From: Candidatus Gottesmanbacteria bacterium RIFCSPLOWO2_01_FULL_42_22
Lineage (GTDB): Bacteria > Patescibacteriota > Microgenomatia > 2-02-FULL-39-11
Assembly: GCA_001779315.1 (NCBI GenBank)
Contig: MFJU01000006.1
Location: 2,612-66,611 of the forward strand
Direction of reading: 5' to 3'
Length of the DNA stretch: 64,000 bases
The notes below the pieces were generated by a model. The model was not told the origin of the DNA. It made no database searches and worked only from the letters and a program-made list of their open reading frames with translations. The translations under genes and the position numbers were made by a program. How positions within the stretch are numbered: position 1 is the stretch's first letter; each line of letters starts with the position of its first letter. Positions 46,325 to 55,940 of this stretch are shown piece by piece.

Positions 46325-48562
46325 TTACAATCGGACGTTAGTCATGGGGTCCCCGCCGTCATGGGAACAGTCGATGCAATACTTGCCGAACATATCACTG
46401 ACAATTTGTTGATCGCGGTTTTCCACATTCTCGGTTTGGTCAGGTCCGGCCATTTTATTGGTAGTTTTATCTATAGCGATATTTTGTTTAAGAATCTCCG
46501 GAGTATTGGGAATAGTCCCTTTAATAAAATATTCATATCTGGTAGCGCAACCTTTATCAGGGGCATTCGGATCAGAATTGGGGAAAGCCAGTCCGCTCAA
46601 TTGGCAGATTTGGGCACCAATAATGCCGGGCGGTTGTTTTGGCCAAAGATCCGGTTGGGAAGAGAGAATTTCTGCCATGATTTTATTCCAAATGGGAGCA
46701 GCGCCGGTCACCCCTGAAGTTAAATAGGGGTGCATCGGGGAATTATCATTATTGCCGACCCAGACAACAGCAAGAAAATTCGGAGTAAAACCGATAGTCC
46801 AATTATCGCGTTTATCGTCTGTGGTGCCGGTTTTGACGGAGACTGCTTTTCCGGGAATGACCAGAAATGAAGAGGGGCCAAATGCCTGCGAGCGGGCATT
46901 GTTATCCAGAAGTATGTGTGATATCAGGAAGGCGGTTTCGCTGGAAAGAACTCTTTCACCGGCTATTAAAAGCGATGAAGGATAATTTATACCTTCATTT
47001 ATTTTTTTAACCAGATTAGGGTCTTTATACTCTTCTAAAATATTGCCGTTTCTGTCTTCGACTTTTAATATCGGTACCAGTTCTTTTTTGATACCGCTAT
47101 TGGCAAAAACACCGAAGGCTTTAGCCATATCAAGCATAGTTACCTCACCGCCTCCCAAAGTCAGTGATAAACCGTAGCGGGAAGGGTCTTTGAATGAAGA
47201 GATGCCGTAGGCTGAGGCTGAAGCAATTACCGTTTCTACCCCATTTAAAGCCATCATTTTTACCGCCGGTATATTAAAGGAATTACCCAAAGCGAATCGG
47301 AGTTGAACCGGACCATGGAACTGGCCGTCATAATTGACCGGACAATAGGATTTTTGGCCCGGCACCTGAAAACAGGTCGGTGTATCCAGAAAAACCGTAG
47401 CAGCGCTGACTTTCCTGGTTTCTATTCCGACAGCATAATTGAGAGGTTTGATTGAAGAACCGGGTTGCCTTAAAGATGTAGTGACGTTGAAATTGCCCGA
47501 GGGTGTGGCGAAATAATCCTTGGATCCTACCATAGCCAGAATTTCTCCGGTTGGAGGACGGGTCAAAAGGACTGCCCCATTTGAAACTTTGAGATTGGCG
47601 AGTTTTCCGACTTCACTGGCGACGGTTTTTTCCGCCATATCCTGAAGCGAAAGATCCAGAGAAGTGGTAACTTTAAGACCGGCTGACGCCACCATTTTTT
47701 CACCAAAGGTGTTCACCAGTCTTTCCCTGACAAACATCACAAAATGAGGCGCCTTAATATTCGTTTTTAAAGGGATAAGACTGATTTTTTCCTTTTCCGC
47801 TTTTTCCCGTTGTTCTTCTGAAATGAAACCGTCCTCCAGCATTCTCTTTAAAACCAGCGACTGTCTTTGTTTGGTTAGTTCCGGATGGGCACCATAGGGC
47901 GAATAGGTGGTAGGTGCTGCCGGCAAACCCGCTAAATAAGCTGATTCCGCCAGTGTTAAATTGCCGGTTTTTTTACCGAAATACATTTCCGAGGCTGCTT
48001 CTATTCCCCAGGCAGTTCCTCCAAACGGCACCTGGTTTAAATACATTTCCAATATTTGGTTTTTGTCATAGATACTCTCAGTCCAAAAAGCTAAGATGAT
48101 TTCTTTTATTTTCCGGCTCAAAGTCTTTTCACTTGACAGCAGGGCATTTTTAACCAGCTGCTGGGTGATAGTTGAACCTCCCTGCAGTTCCTGTTTAAAA
48201 ATATTTTCCTTGATCGCCCGTAAAACTCCGCCGATCAGACTGACCCCTTTGTGCCGATAAAAATCTTTATCTTCGACCGCCACCGTAGCTTGCCTTAAAA
48301 AGTCGGGTACCTCCTCAAGTTTAATCAAGGTGCGGTTCTGGTCTGTATAAATTTCATAGAGAAGTTGGCCGTTTCTGTCCAGAATTTTGGTGGTTTGCGG
48401 TATTTCGTATGAAGCCAGTTTTTTTGGTGAGGGTAGGTCTTTGATGATGATCAGGAAAAATAAAAGAAAAATAAACAATATGAAAAATGCGGCTATAATA
48501 TATTTATTCCGGAAAAATTTCTGATAACGGGAAAAGAAGTAACTGGCCAAATTGCCTGCCAT
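46325..48562 (-). CDS. Class A penicillin-binding protein (PBP1a), copy 2, tandem paralog
   Basis: VEDKDFYRHKGVS, QGGSTITQQL, KTGTTDD; 745 aa; clear protein-level paralogy with copy 1. Confidence 0.8.
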   Translation of the reverse strand: MAGNLASYFFSRYQKFFRNKYIIAAFFILFIFLLFFLIIIKDLPSPKKLASYEIPQTTKILDRNGQLLYEIYTDQNRTLIKLEEVPDFLRQATVAVEDKDFYRHKGVSLIGGVLRAIKENIFKQELQGGSTITQQLVKNALLSSEKTLSRKIKEIILAFWTESIYDKNQILEMYLNQVPFGGTAWGIEAASEMYFGKKTGNLTLAESAYLAGLPAAPTTYSPYGAHPELTKQRQSLVLKRMLEDGFISEEQREKAEKEKISLIPLKTNIKAPHFVMFVRERLVNTFGEKMVASAGLKVTTSLDLSLQDMAEKTVASEVGKLANLKVSNGAVLLTRPPTGEILAMVGSKDYFATPSGNFNVTTSLRQPGSSIKPLNYAVGIETRKVSAATVFLDTPTCFQVPGQKSYCPVNYDGQFHGPVQLRFALGNSFNIPAVKMMALNGVETVIASASAYGISSFKDPSRYGLSLTLGGGEVTMLDMAKAFGVFANSGIKKELVPILKVEDRNGNILEEYKDPNLVKKINEGINYPSSLLIAGERVLSSETAFLISHILLDNNARSQAFGPSSFLVIPGKAVSVKTGTTDDKRDNWTIGFTPNFLAVVWVGNNDNSPMHPYLTSGVTGAAPIWNKIMAEILSSQPDLWPKQPPGIIGAQICQLSGLAFPNSDPNAPDKGCATRYEYFIKGTIPNTPEILKQNIAIDKTTNKMAGPDQTENVENRDQQIVSDMFGKYCIDCSHDGGDPMTNVRL

Positions 48563-48601
48563 TATATCATTTTATGATAAAATAAAATTCCTGATTTTCC
48601 T

Positions 48602-49615
48602 ATGATGAATGATATCAATACCAATATAATTGATCTTTTGGTGGCAGCCACCATGCTCTTTTATCTGGCAACCGGCTGGACAAGGGGATTTTTATTGGGA
48701 ATTTTCGATCTGGCGGGTTTTATTTTATCGTTTATGGCAGCTTTAAAATATAACGCCGCTGCTGGTATCCTTCTCTTGAATTATTTTTCCGTTTCCCGGG
48801 GTATTGCCAATGCCCTTGGTTTTTTTATTGCCGGAATCTCCAGCGAAATATCCTTTTCTTTTTTTTCCGGATTTATAATCAAAAAATTTTACTCAAAAGC
48901 AAAATTAACGGTTAATCATAAAAGAAAAGTAATTTTGCTTTTCAAATTGGATAAATGGTTGGGTTTTATTCCGGCTTTGGGAGAAGCAGTGGTTTTTGCC
49001 GCTTTTATATTAACCCTTTTGGTTTCCTTACCCATAAACGGCCGGATTAAAAAGGAAATTATAACTTCCCGGATAGGCGGTCAATTGGTTAAATCCACAC
49101 AGGGTATAGAACGACAGCTGAAAGTGGTCTTCGGCGATGCCGTTAATGAGACTTTAACTTTTCTGACCATTAATCCCAAAGCGGATGCGGATGAATCAAT
49201 AGATTTGGGTTTTACCTATAATGAAGGACTTGCCGACCCGTCAGCCGAAAAAAGCATGTTGACCCTAATCAATTTAGAAAGACAAAAATATAACTTGGTA
49301 CTTTTACAGGAATCGGATGCGCTCAGACAGTTAGCCCGGTCTCATGCTTCAAATATGTTTCAAAGGGGCTATTTTTCTCATTATAACAAAGAGGGTGAAT
49401 CACCCTTTGACAGAATGGTGAAAGCCGGTATTGAATTTTTGTCTGCCGGTGAAAATCTGGCCCTGGCGCCCAACGTAGCCTTGGCCCATCAGGGATTGAT
49501 GAATTCCCCGGGGCACAGGGCGAATATTTTAGGGGCTGATTTTAACCGGGTCGGTATCGGAGTTATCGACGGAGGAATTTACGGCATGCTTTTTGTACAG
49601 GAGTTTACGGATTAG
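48602..49615 (+). CDS. CvpA-family membrane domain fused to a CAP/SCP (YkwD-like) extracellular domain
   Basis: Four N-terminal TM helices (CvpA-like), then NSPGHRANILGADFNRVGIGV and GENLA CAP-domain motifs; 337 aa. Confidence 0.55.
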   Translation: MMNDINTNIIDLLVAATMLFYLATGWTRGFLLGIFDLAGFILSFMAALKYNAAAGILLLNYFSVSRGIANALGFFIAGISSEISFSFFSGFIIKKFYSKAKLTVNHKRKVILLFKLDKWLGFIPALGEAVVFAAFILTLLVSLPINGRIKKEIITSRIGGQLVKSTQGIERQLKVVFGDAVNETLTFLTINPKADADESIDLGFTYNEGLADPSAEKSMLTLINLERQKYNLVLLQESDALRQLARSHASNMFQRGYFSHYNKEGESPFDRMVKAGIEFLSAGENLALAPNVALAHQGLMNSPGHRANILGADFNRVGIGVIDGGIYGMLFVQEFTD

Positions 49616-49617
49616 AC

Positions 49618-50535
49618 ATGCCCCTTTTTAAAATTTCCAGGAATCAGTTCCTTGCCGTTTATTCTACTTTTTCAATCGGCGGAAAGGCAAAATCAATTTA
49701 CCATGCAGAAAACAGGCAGGAACTGATCGGGATTCTGGATTTTTTACATAAAAAAAGAAGCCGCTTCGGTATATTTGCCTGCGGCAGTAATATTGTTTTT
49801 CCCGATAAAGGCGTTACCTACCCTATGATTCAGGTAACTGGCGGGAAAATCCGTGTGCATAAATCAAAAGTCTTAGCCGATGCCGGTGTCAGACTGTCTG
49901 ATTTGGTTGATTTTTATCTAAATAAAAACTTGGCAGGCCTGGAAAAGTTTTCCGGTATACCCGGTTCGGTCGGCGGAGCAGTGGTGGGGAATGCCGGTGC
50001 TTACGGCGAATCAATCGGGGATTATATTATAAAAGTGGAAGTCTGGCAGAACGGTCAAGTCAAATTTTTAGAGCGGCAGATGTGTAAATTCAGTTACCGC
50101 CACAGTATTTTCAAGGAGAAGCCCTTTATAGTTTTAAGAGTTGAGTTAAAAGCAGTTTCCGCAGAGGGGATGAAACTGAAGAAAATTTCCGCAGAAATAA
50201 TCCGATTGAGAGAACTTAAATATAAATCAGGTTTAAAATGCCCGGGCAGTTTTTTTAAAAATATTCCAATTGCCGATGCGTCTGACTCTCTGCTTTCAAA
50301 AATCAACCAAAATGTTATTAAGGGCGGAAAAATCCCAGCCGGTTACCTTTTGGAATCTGTCGGAGCCAAAGGTGTAAGAGTCGGCGGCATCAAAGTTGCC
50401 GATTACCACGGCAATTTGTTTATCAATGACGGGCAGGGGACATTTGCCGATGTTAAAAAACTGGCCAAAATACTCAAAGAGCGGGTAAAAAGGAAATACG
50501 GCATTACCCTCGAAGAAGAAATCAGATATTTCTGA
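49618..50535 (+). CDS. murB: UDP-N-acetylenolpyruvoylglucosamine reductase
   Basis: FAD-binding N-terminal domain and MurB C-terminal domain; 305 aa. Confidence 0.7.
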   Translation: MPLFKISRNQFLAVYSTFSIGGKAKSIYHAENRQELIGILDFLHKKRSRFGIFACGSNIVFPDKGVTYPMIQVTGGKIRVHKSKVLADAGVRLSDLVDFYLNKNLAGLEKFSGIPGSVGGAVVGNAGAYGESIGDYIIKVEVWQNGQVKFLERQMCKFSYRHSIFKEKPFIVLRVELKAVSAEGMKLKKISAEIIRLRELKYKSGLKCPGSFFKNIPIADASDSLLSKINQNVIKGGKIPAGYLLESVGAKGVRVGGIKVADYHGNLFINDGQGTFADVKKLAKILKERVKRKYGITLEEEIRYF

Positions 50536-50540
50536 CGAGA

Positions 50541-51446
50541 TTAAAGCTCGTCGAGTTTGATATTGTCATTCATTTTGTCTCTGACCAAATCCAGGTATTT
50601 TTCAGTGGTTGACAGTCTTTTATGTCCCACCAGCTTGCTGATAACCGTTAAAGGTGTCCCGGAAGCCAAATGATGGGCAATAAAAGTATGCCTGAGATCA
50701 TTGACTTTAGCCGCTTCAATGCCGGCCAGTTTAAAGTAACGGTCAATAGTCGTGCGGATATTTCTGACTAAAAGAGGTTTGCCTGTTTTGGTGATAAAAA
50801 GCGATTGGTCTTCTGATTTAGGCCTAACCTCCCGCCATTTGTCCAAAGCTTCTTTAGAAGCTCTGTTTAAGGGCACACTTCTTTCCGGATGCCCCTCCTG
50901 CGCGTCAATAATAATTTCCTTCTCCTTGATATTATTAATCTTTAAGTTGGCCAATTCACCTATCCGGACTCCGGTTTGCAGAAACAGTTCAACAATGGTA
51001 TAGGTTCGTATGTCTGAACGGCAAGCATCCCGCAAAGCCCTGTATTCCATTTTAGAAAGAATTCTGGGAGGCTTGATATTGTATTTAGGATGGGCAATAT
51101 CCGCAGCCGGATTAATGCTGACAAAGTTTTTATATTTAAGGAAACGGTAGAAAGTTTTAATGGAATTGATTTTTCGGGAGAGAGATTTAAGTGTGTATCC
51201 GTCCGTTGAAAGCTTTTTTAGGAAAGCTTCCAAATCATCACGCTCAATTTGCATAACGCTTTTTTTGCCCATGTCAGATAGAAAAGCTACAAGCTGTTCG
51301 ATATCTTTGCTGTAGGCGATAATGGTGGCTTTCGCTTTTTGCTGGGATATCAGGTAATCCGAAAATTGCCGATGAGCAGTAAGCAGCTGGAGATTATCCT
51401 CAGAATTCATAGGGCCTATAATACAATTTGTGAGGTTTTTTGTCAA
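50541..51446 (-). CDS. xerC: Tyrosine recombinase, XerC/XerD family
   Basis: C-terminal catalytic region RHTFIAHHLASG...LVGHKRLSTTEKYLDL (R...H-x-x-R...Y); 301 aa. Confidence 0.7.
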   Translation of the reverse strand: MTKNLTNCIIGPMNSEDNLQLLTAHRQFSDYLISQQKAKATIIAYSKDIEQLVAFLSDMGKKSVMQIERDDLEAFLKKLSTDGYTLKSLSRKINSIKTFYRFLKYKNFVSINPAADIAHPKYNIKPPRILSKMEYRALRDACRSDIRTYTIVELFLQTGVRIGELANLKINNIKEKEIIIDAQEGHPERSVPLNRASKEALDKWREVRPKSEDQSLFITKTGKPLLVRNIRTTIDRYFKLAGIEAAKVNDLRHTFIAHHLASGTPLTVISKLVGHKRLSTTEKYLDLVRDKMNDNIKLDEL

Positions 51447-51518
51447 ATATGGTTATCTGATCCTATCGCACCTTCCGCTTGTACGTTTGATTGCATATAG
51501 TAGAATATATAAATATTA

Positions 51519-52052
51519 ATGAAGATTTACCGCTATATTATTTTTTGCTTAATAGCCGTCTTTCTCTCCTTTACCCTATCAAAGGTACAGGCAGCCATCA
51601 TTTCACCCACACCCATAGATTATCATTTGCCATATCCGGGCTTAATCCCTGATCATCCGCTTTACCGAATTAAAAAAATACGGGATTGGTTGCTGGTTAA
51701 TCTGACCCGGAATGAGTTGAGAAAAATAGAACTTCATCTTATTTTCGCTGATAAGAAACTGGTTATGGGAGATGTACTCTTTAAAAAGAGGAATACCAAA
51801 TTATCAATCGAAACTTTTTTTGAGGCTGAAACGGAATTATCTTCAGCCGTATCACAACTCTCGCTCTTTAGTGAATCCCAAATACCGCCAACCGGTTTAG
51901 CGGATAAATTGGAGTTGTCAGTTCAAAAACATGAGGAAGTCATAAACAGCGTACTTTCAGAAGTGACTGATCTGCAGCAGCTGGATAAGCTGAAACAGTC
52001 CTTATCCATAAATCATAAGGCATATTCACAAATACAGCTGATAAAGAAATAA
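51519..52052 (+). CDS. Hypothetical secreted protein
   Basis: Signal peptide (IIFCLIAVFLSFTLSKVQA); 177 aa; no motif. Confidence 0.35.
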   Translation: MKIYRYIIFCLIAVFLSFTLSKVQAAIISPTPIDYHLPYPGLIPDHPLYRIKKIRDWLLVNLTRNELRKIELHLIFADKKLVMGDVLFKKRNTKLSIETFFEAETELSSAVSQLSLFSESQIPPTGLADKLELSVQKHEEVINSVLSEVTDLQQLDKLKQSLSINHKAYSQIQLIKK

Positions 52053-52190
52053 TCTTTCACTATTGCATACTTTTTATATTCACACAATTTTAATAATTCT
52101 TTTTCAATATTTTTTTTCTGAACAATTCCCGCAGTAAGGTAATCTCAAGGCTAGGAAAAGATTTGATATAGATAGATATATTTAGTAGTC

Positions 52191-52245
52191 TTGACAATAG
52201 GCTATATAGCGTCTTACCATAATCGAGAACACTATAGCTGGGGTT
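52191..52245 (+). promoter_or_regulatory. Candidate promoter plus two NrdR-box-like palindromes upstream of nrdR-nrdJ
   Basis: TTGACA (52191-52196); palindromes GGCTATATAGC (52200-52210) and CACTATAGCTG (52230-52240) about 3 helical turns apart, resembling the A/T-centred 16-bp NrdR boxes that occur as tandem pairs. Confidence 0.3.
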
Positions 52246-52332
52246 AGAGACAATTACGAGCGGCCTGTCAAAATTCTATTTATTATAGAATTTTTTTTCG
52301 GCTAAAAAAACATTTAAAATCAGACAAAACTT

Positions 52333-52779
52333 ATGAAATGCCCATTTTGCAATAACAATGATACGGAAGTAGTCGAAACCCGGGATAATGAAGATATGCA
52401 GATAATCAGGCGCCGTCGTGAATGCCCTAAATGTGCTAAGAGATTTACCACATATGAAAGAATTGAACGGGTACCTTTAATTGTAATGAAGAAAGACGGC
52501 CGAAAAGAACAATTTGACAGGGATAAACTTAAAAACGGCATTTTAAAATCATGTGAAAAAACAGTAGTTGGCATTTCGGAAATTGATTCAATAGCTGAAG
52601 AAGTTGAAAAAGAATTACGGAATCAGGATGGAGTTGAAATCGACAGTAAAAAAATAGGACAGCTGGTAGCCCAAAAATTAAAAAAAATTGATAAGATAGC
52701 CTATATCAGATTTGCCTCGGTTTTCCGCAGATTCGTCGATGTTGAGGATTTCGAAAAAGAGTTGCAGAAACTGTTATAA
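52333..52779 (+). CDS. nrdR: Transcriptional repressor NrdR
   Basis: MKCPFCNNNDTEVVETR...CPKC zinc ribbon and ATP-cone; 148 aa. Confidence 0.85.
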   Translation: MKCPFCNNNDTEVVETRDNEDMQIIRRRRECPKCAKRFTTYERIERVPLIVMKKDGRKEQFDRDKLKNGILKSCEKTVVGISEIDSIAEEVEKELRNQDGVEIDSKKIGQLVAQKLKKIDKIAYIRFASVFRRFVDVEDFEKELQKLL

Positions 52780-52818
52780 AAATTTAGCCCCGAAGCTATC
52801 GGGGGATGAAAGGGTGCT

Positions 52819-55173
52819 TTGAACATGAAATTAACCGGCATTCGCGAACAGGTTTTTCTGGATAGATATTCTCTCAAAGATGAGAAAGGAAAGCCGGTCG
52901 AAAAAACACCCGAGGCTATGTGGAAAAGAGTGGCGGCAGGTGTAGCCGCGGTTGAAAAAAAGGCAGACAGAAAGTATTGGGAGAAAAAATTCAGCGAAGC
53001 CATGAATGACTTTAAACTGGTACCGGGAGGCCGCATTTTATCAGGAGCAGGCACCGGCTACAAGGTCACTTTTTACAACTGTTTTGTCATACCTTCGCCA
53101 AAAGATTCCCGTGACGGTATTTTGGATACATTGAAACAAATGGTGGAGATAATGGCACGGGGCGGCGGAGTCGGCATCAATCTCTCTTCTCTTAGGCCCA
53201 GGGGAGCCCGTGTCAGAAAAGTCAACGGATTTTCTTCCGGTCCCTGTAATTGGGCGGAACTGTTTTCGGTGGCTACCAAAGACATTATCCAGCAGGGCGG
53301 CACCCGCAGGGGAGCTTTAATGCTCATGTTGTGGGACTGGCATCCTGATATCGAGGAATTCATAACCGTCAAACGGGATCTTTCACGAATCAACGGAGCT
53401 AATCTGTCTGTTTGCGTTTCCGATAAATTTATGGAAGCGGTTAAAAAAGACGCTGACTGGGATCTGGTTTTTCCCGATATCGCAGACCGTGAATACGATA
53501 CGAAATGGGACGGCTATCTGGATAATTGGCTAAAGTTAGGTAAAAAAGTCAAAGTCCATAAAACCGTCAAGGCCAGAAAAATCTGGGACCTGATTTCTGA
53601 AGCAGCCTGGGCTTCGGCTGAACCGGGATTGGTTTTCATGGAACGCTATAACAAGTGGAACAACAACTGGTATTTCAACAACATAAATTGTGTAAATCCA
53701 TGCGGAGAGGAAGGATTACCGGCCTGGGGGGTCTGCAATCTGACATCGATCAATCTGTCGGCTTTAGTGCGGGACGGCAAGATCGATTATCAGGAATTAG
53801 CCGAAATTGCCCAGGTGGGCGTTAGATTCCAGGATGACATTATCGATGCGGATTCCTACGTTTTTCCCCAAATTGAAGAAACGCAAAAAAACGGTGAAAG
53901 GCGGATCGGATTGGGTACGATGGGGTTGGGTGATGCTCTCATCAAGATGAAAATCCGCTACGGATCCCCTCTGTCGATCAGGGTCATCGATAAGATTTAT
54001 TCGACCATCAGAAATGCTGCCTACGAAGCATCAACTGAGATAGCTAAAGAAAAAGGTGCTTTTCCCAAGTTTGAGGCCAAAAAATATTTAAAAGGCTATT
54101 TTATCAAACAATTGCCTGAAGCCATTAAGGCTAAGATTAAAAAATGGGGCATCCGTAACTCTGTTTTGTTACAGCAAGCCCCAACAGGCTCAACTTCCCT
54201 TCTGGCCGGTGTCACCTCAGGGATAGAACCCGTTTACGAGTTTTCCTTCATCAGGCGTGACCGCTTGGGTGAGCACCGCCTGTTTCACCCCCTTTTTGAT
54301 CAATGGAAAAAGGAACATCCCAATGATCCCATCCCTGATTATTTCGTCTCGGCCAATGATCTGATTCCGGACGATCACGTCAAGGTGCAGGCAGCCATCC
54401 AAAAATACGTTGATGCTTCCATTTCCAAAACGGTCAATGCACCCAATAGCCACACAGTTGAAGATGTCCGGAAATTGTACCGGATGGCTTATGAATTAGG
54501 CTGCAAGGGCATAACTTACATGAGGGATGGCAGCCGCCCCGGAGTGTTGGAAAGAGTTACGGATAAAAAAGCGGAAACCTCTGTCACTGCCCCCGACAGC
54601 AATTCTATAATCGGGAACGGCAAACATACGCCGGAAATTACCCCCAGGCCGATGGTGGTCAAAGGAGCTACCTACCAGATTGATACACCGGTCGGGGCTG
54701 CTTTTGTGACCATTAATACCGATATGGCTAATGAACCATTGGAGATATTTATCAATGTCGGTAAAGCCGGTTCAGATGTGACGGCTATGGCTGAAGCTGT
54801 CGGCCGCTTGGCTTCGCTCACATTAAGAATACAGTCAAGTGTACCTGCCTCGGAAAGAGCCAAACAAATATTTAACCAGCTGATCGGTATCGGGGGTTCG
54901 AAATCATTGGGATTTGGGGATAAAAGGGTCAGATCTTTGCCGGATGCGGTGGCCAAAATTCTGGCCATGCATTTTGATTATAAAATTAAAAACGGCAACG
55001 GCCTAACTCATAAAGAAGTAATTGCAGAACAGCAGCCTTTGGCGGTATTAACACAGCAAGCTTTGCCTGTCGAAAAATCAGAATTTGATTTATGTCCTTC
55101 CTGCGGAGAAGCTGCTCTGGCCTATGAAGAAGGCTGTAAAAAATGCTACAGCTGTGGCTATTCCGAATGTTGA
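52819..55173 (+). CDS. nrdJ: Ribonucleotide reductase, class II (adenosylcobalamin-dependent), with C-terminal Zn ribbon
   Basis: Active-site VNPCGEEGLPAWGVCNLTSINL (NPCGE is class II; class I has NLCxE); C-terminus CPSCGEAALAYEEGCKKCYSCG; 784 aa; flanked by nrdR and a cobalamin adenosyltransferase. Confidence 0.75.
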   Translation: MNMKLTGIREQVFLDRYSLKDEKGKPVEKTPEAMWKRVAAGVAAVEKKADRKYWEKKFSEAMNDFKLVPGGRILSGAGTGYKVTFYNCFVIPSPKDSRDGILDTLKQMVEIMARGGGVGINLSSLRPRGARVRKVNGFSSGPCNWAELFSVATKDIIQQGGTRRGALMLMLWDWHPDIEEFITVKRDLSRINGANLSVCVSDKFMEAVKKDADWDLVFPDIADREYDTKWDGYLDNWLKLGKKVKVHKTVKARKIWDLISEAAWASAEPGLVFMERYNKWNNNWYFNNINCVNPCGEEGLPAWGVCNLTSINLSALVRDGKIDYQELAEIAQVGVRFQDDIIDADSYVFPQIEETQKNGERRIGLGTMGLGDALIKMKIRYGSPLSIRVIDKIYSTIRNAAYEASTEIAKEKGAFPKFEAKKYLKGYFIKQLPEAIKAKIKKWGIRNSVLLQQAPTGSTSLLAGVTSGIEPVYEFSFIRRDRLGEHRLFHPLFDQWKKEHPNDPIPDYFVSANDLIPDDHVKVQAAIQKYVDASISKTVNAPNSHTVEDVRKLYRMAYELGCKGITYMRDGSRPGVLERVTDKKAETSVTAPDSNSIIGNGKHTPEITPRPMVVKGATYQIDTPVGAAFVTINTDMANEPLEIFINVGKAGSDVTAMAEAVGRLASLTLRIQSSVPASERAKQIFNQLIGIGGSKSLGFGDKRVRSLPDAVAKILAMHFDYKIKNGNGLTHKEVIAEQQPLAVLTQQALPVEKSEFDLCPSCGEAALAYEEGCKKCYSCGYSEC

Positions 55174-55177
55174 TAAC

Positions 55178-55717
55178 ATGCCTTCAAAAGTCAAAGTCTA
55201 CACCAGAACAGGTGATGCCGGTAAAACATCTCTATACGGCGGAAAAAGAGTCCCTAAAAGCTATTTGAGAGTGGAGGTATACGGAACTATCGATGAACTT
55301 AATTCCGTCATCGGCATTTTATTGTCGGATATGGGCAAAGAAGATAATCTGGCTAATTTTTTTAAGGAAGTCCAATCGGATCTGTTTTCTATAGGAGCCA
55401 ATTTAGCCGGAGATAAAACCGATTTAAATTTATTAACCGGTAGAACTGCCGAAATGGAGAAATTAATTGACGTGATGGATAAAGAGTTGCCTGAACTTAA
55501 AAATTTTATTCTGCCCGGAGGGACACATTTGGCCTCTTTGGCTCATCTGGCCCGTTCCGTCTGCCGCCGGGCTGAAAGAAAAGTCGTTTCATTAACTAAA
55601 ACGGACAGCCGCCTGTTTGCCTACCTGAACAGATTGTCCGATCTTCTTTTTATAACTGCACGCTATTTAAATTGGAAAAATGGTCTGAAAGATACGCTTT
55701 GGCTTAAAAAAAAGTAA
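55178..55717 (+). CDS. PduO-type ATP:cob(I)alamin adenosyltransferase
   Basis: MPSKVKVYTRTGDAGKTSLYGGKRVPKSYLRVEVYGTIDELNS is the PduO/MMAB N-terminal signature. Start set at ATG 55178; the track ORF start at 55085 overlaps nrdJ. Confidence 0.75.
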   Translation: MPSKVKVYTRTGDAGKTSLYGGKRVPKSYLRVEVYGTIDELNSVIGILLSDMGKEDNLANFFKEVQSDLFSIGANLAGDKTDLNLLTGRTAEMEKLIDVMDKELPELKNFILPGGTHLASLAHLARSVCRRAERKVVSLTKTDSRLFAYLNRLSDLLFITARYLNWKNGLKDTLWLKKK

Positions 55718-55724
55718 TAACTTG

Positions 55725-55873
55725 GGAATTTAAGAGGAATTCCGTGTAATTCGGAAACTGTGCCGCAACGGTAAAGTCCGGAACTCTTTTCCAAAGATCA
55801 TCATCCCGAGCAGGAGAATACGGTCAAATTTAGGGGTTAGTATTCCTCTCGGGTTTAACGGGAGGATTTTTTT
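55725..55873 (+). ncRNA. Candidate cobalamin riboswitch with terminator / RBS-sequestering expression platform
   Basis: GAGGAATTCCGTGTAATTCGGAAACTGTGCCGCAACGGTAAAG resembles the Cbl-riboswitch core (E. coli btuB: AGGGAATCCAGTGCGAATCTGGAGCTGACGCGCAGCGGTAAGG). A partial B12-box-like CCCGAGCAGGAGAATACGG follows. The 3' hairpin CCTCTCGGG-TTTAA-CGGGAGG (55845-55865) is followed by ATTTTTTT and contains the GGAGGA Shine-Dalgarno for the ATG at 55874. Confidence 0.5.
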
Positions 55874-55940
55874 ATGAAAGAGTTGCCAAATGTATTTGGC
55901 TTACTCTTTCAAATAGTGAGGAGCGAAGCGACGTACTATT

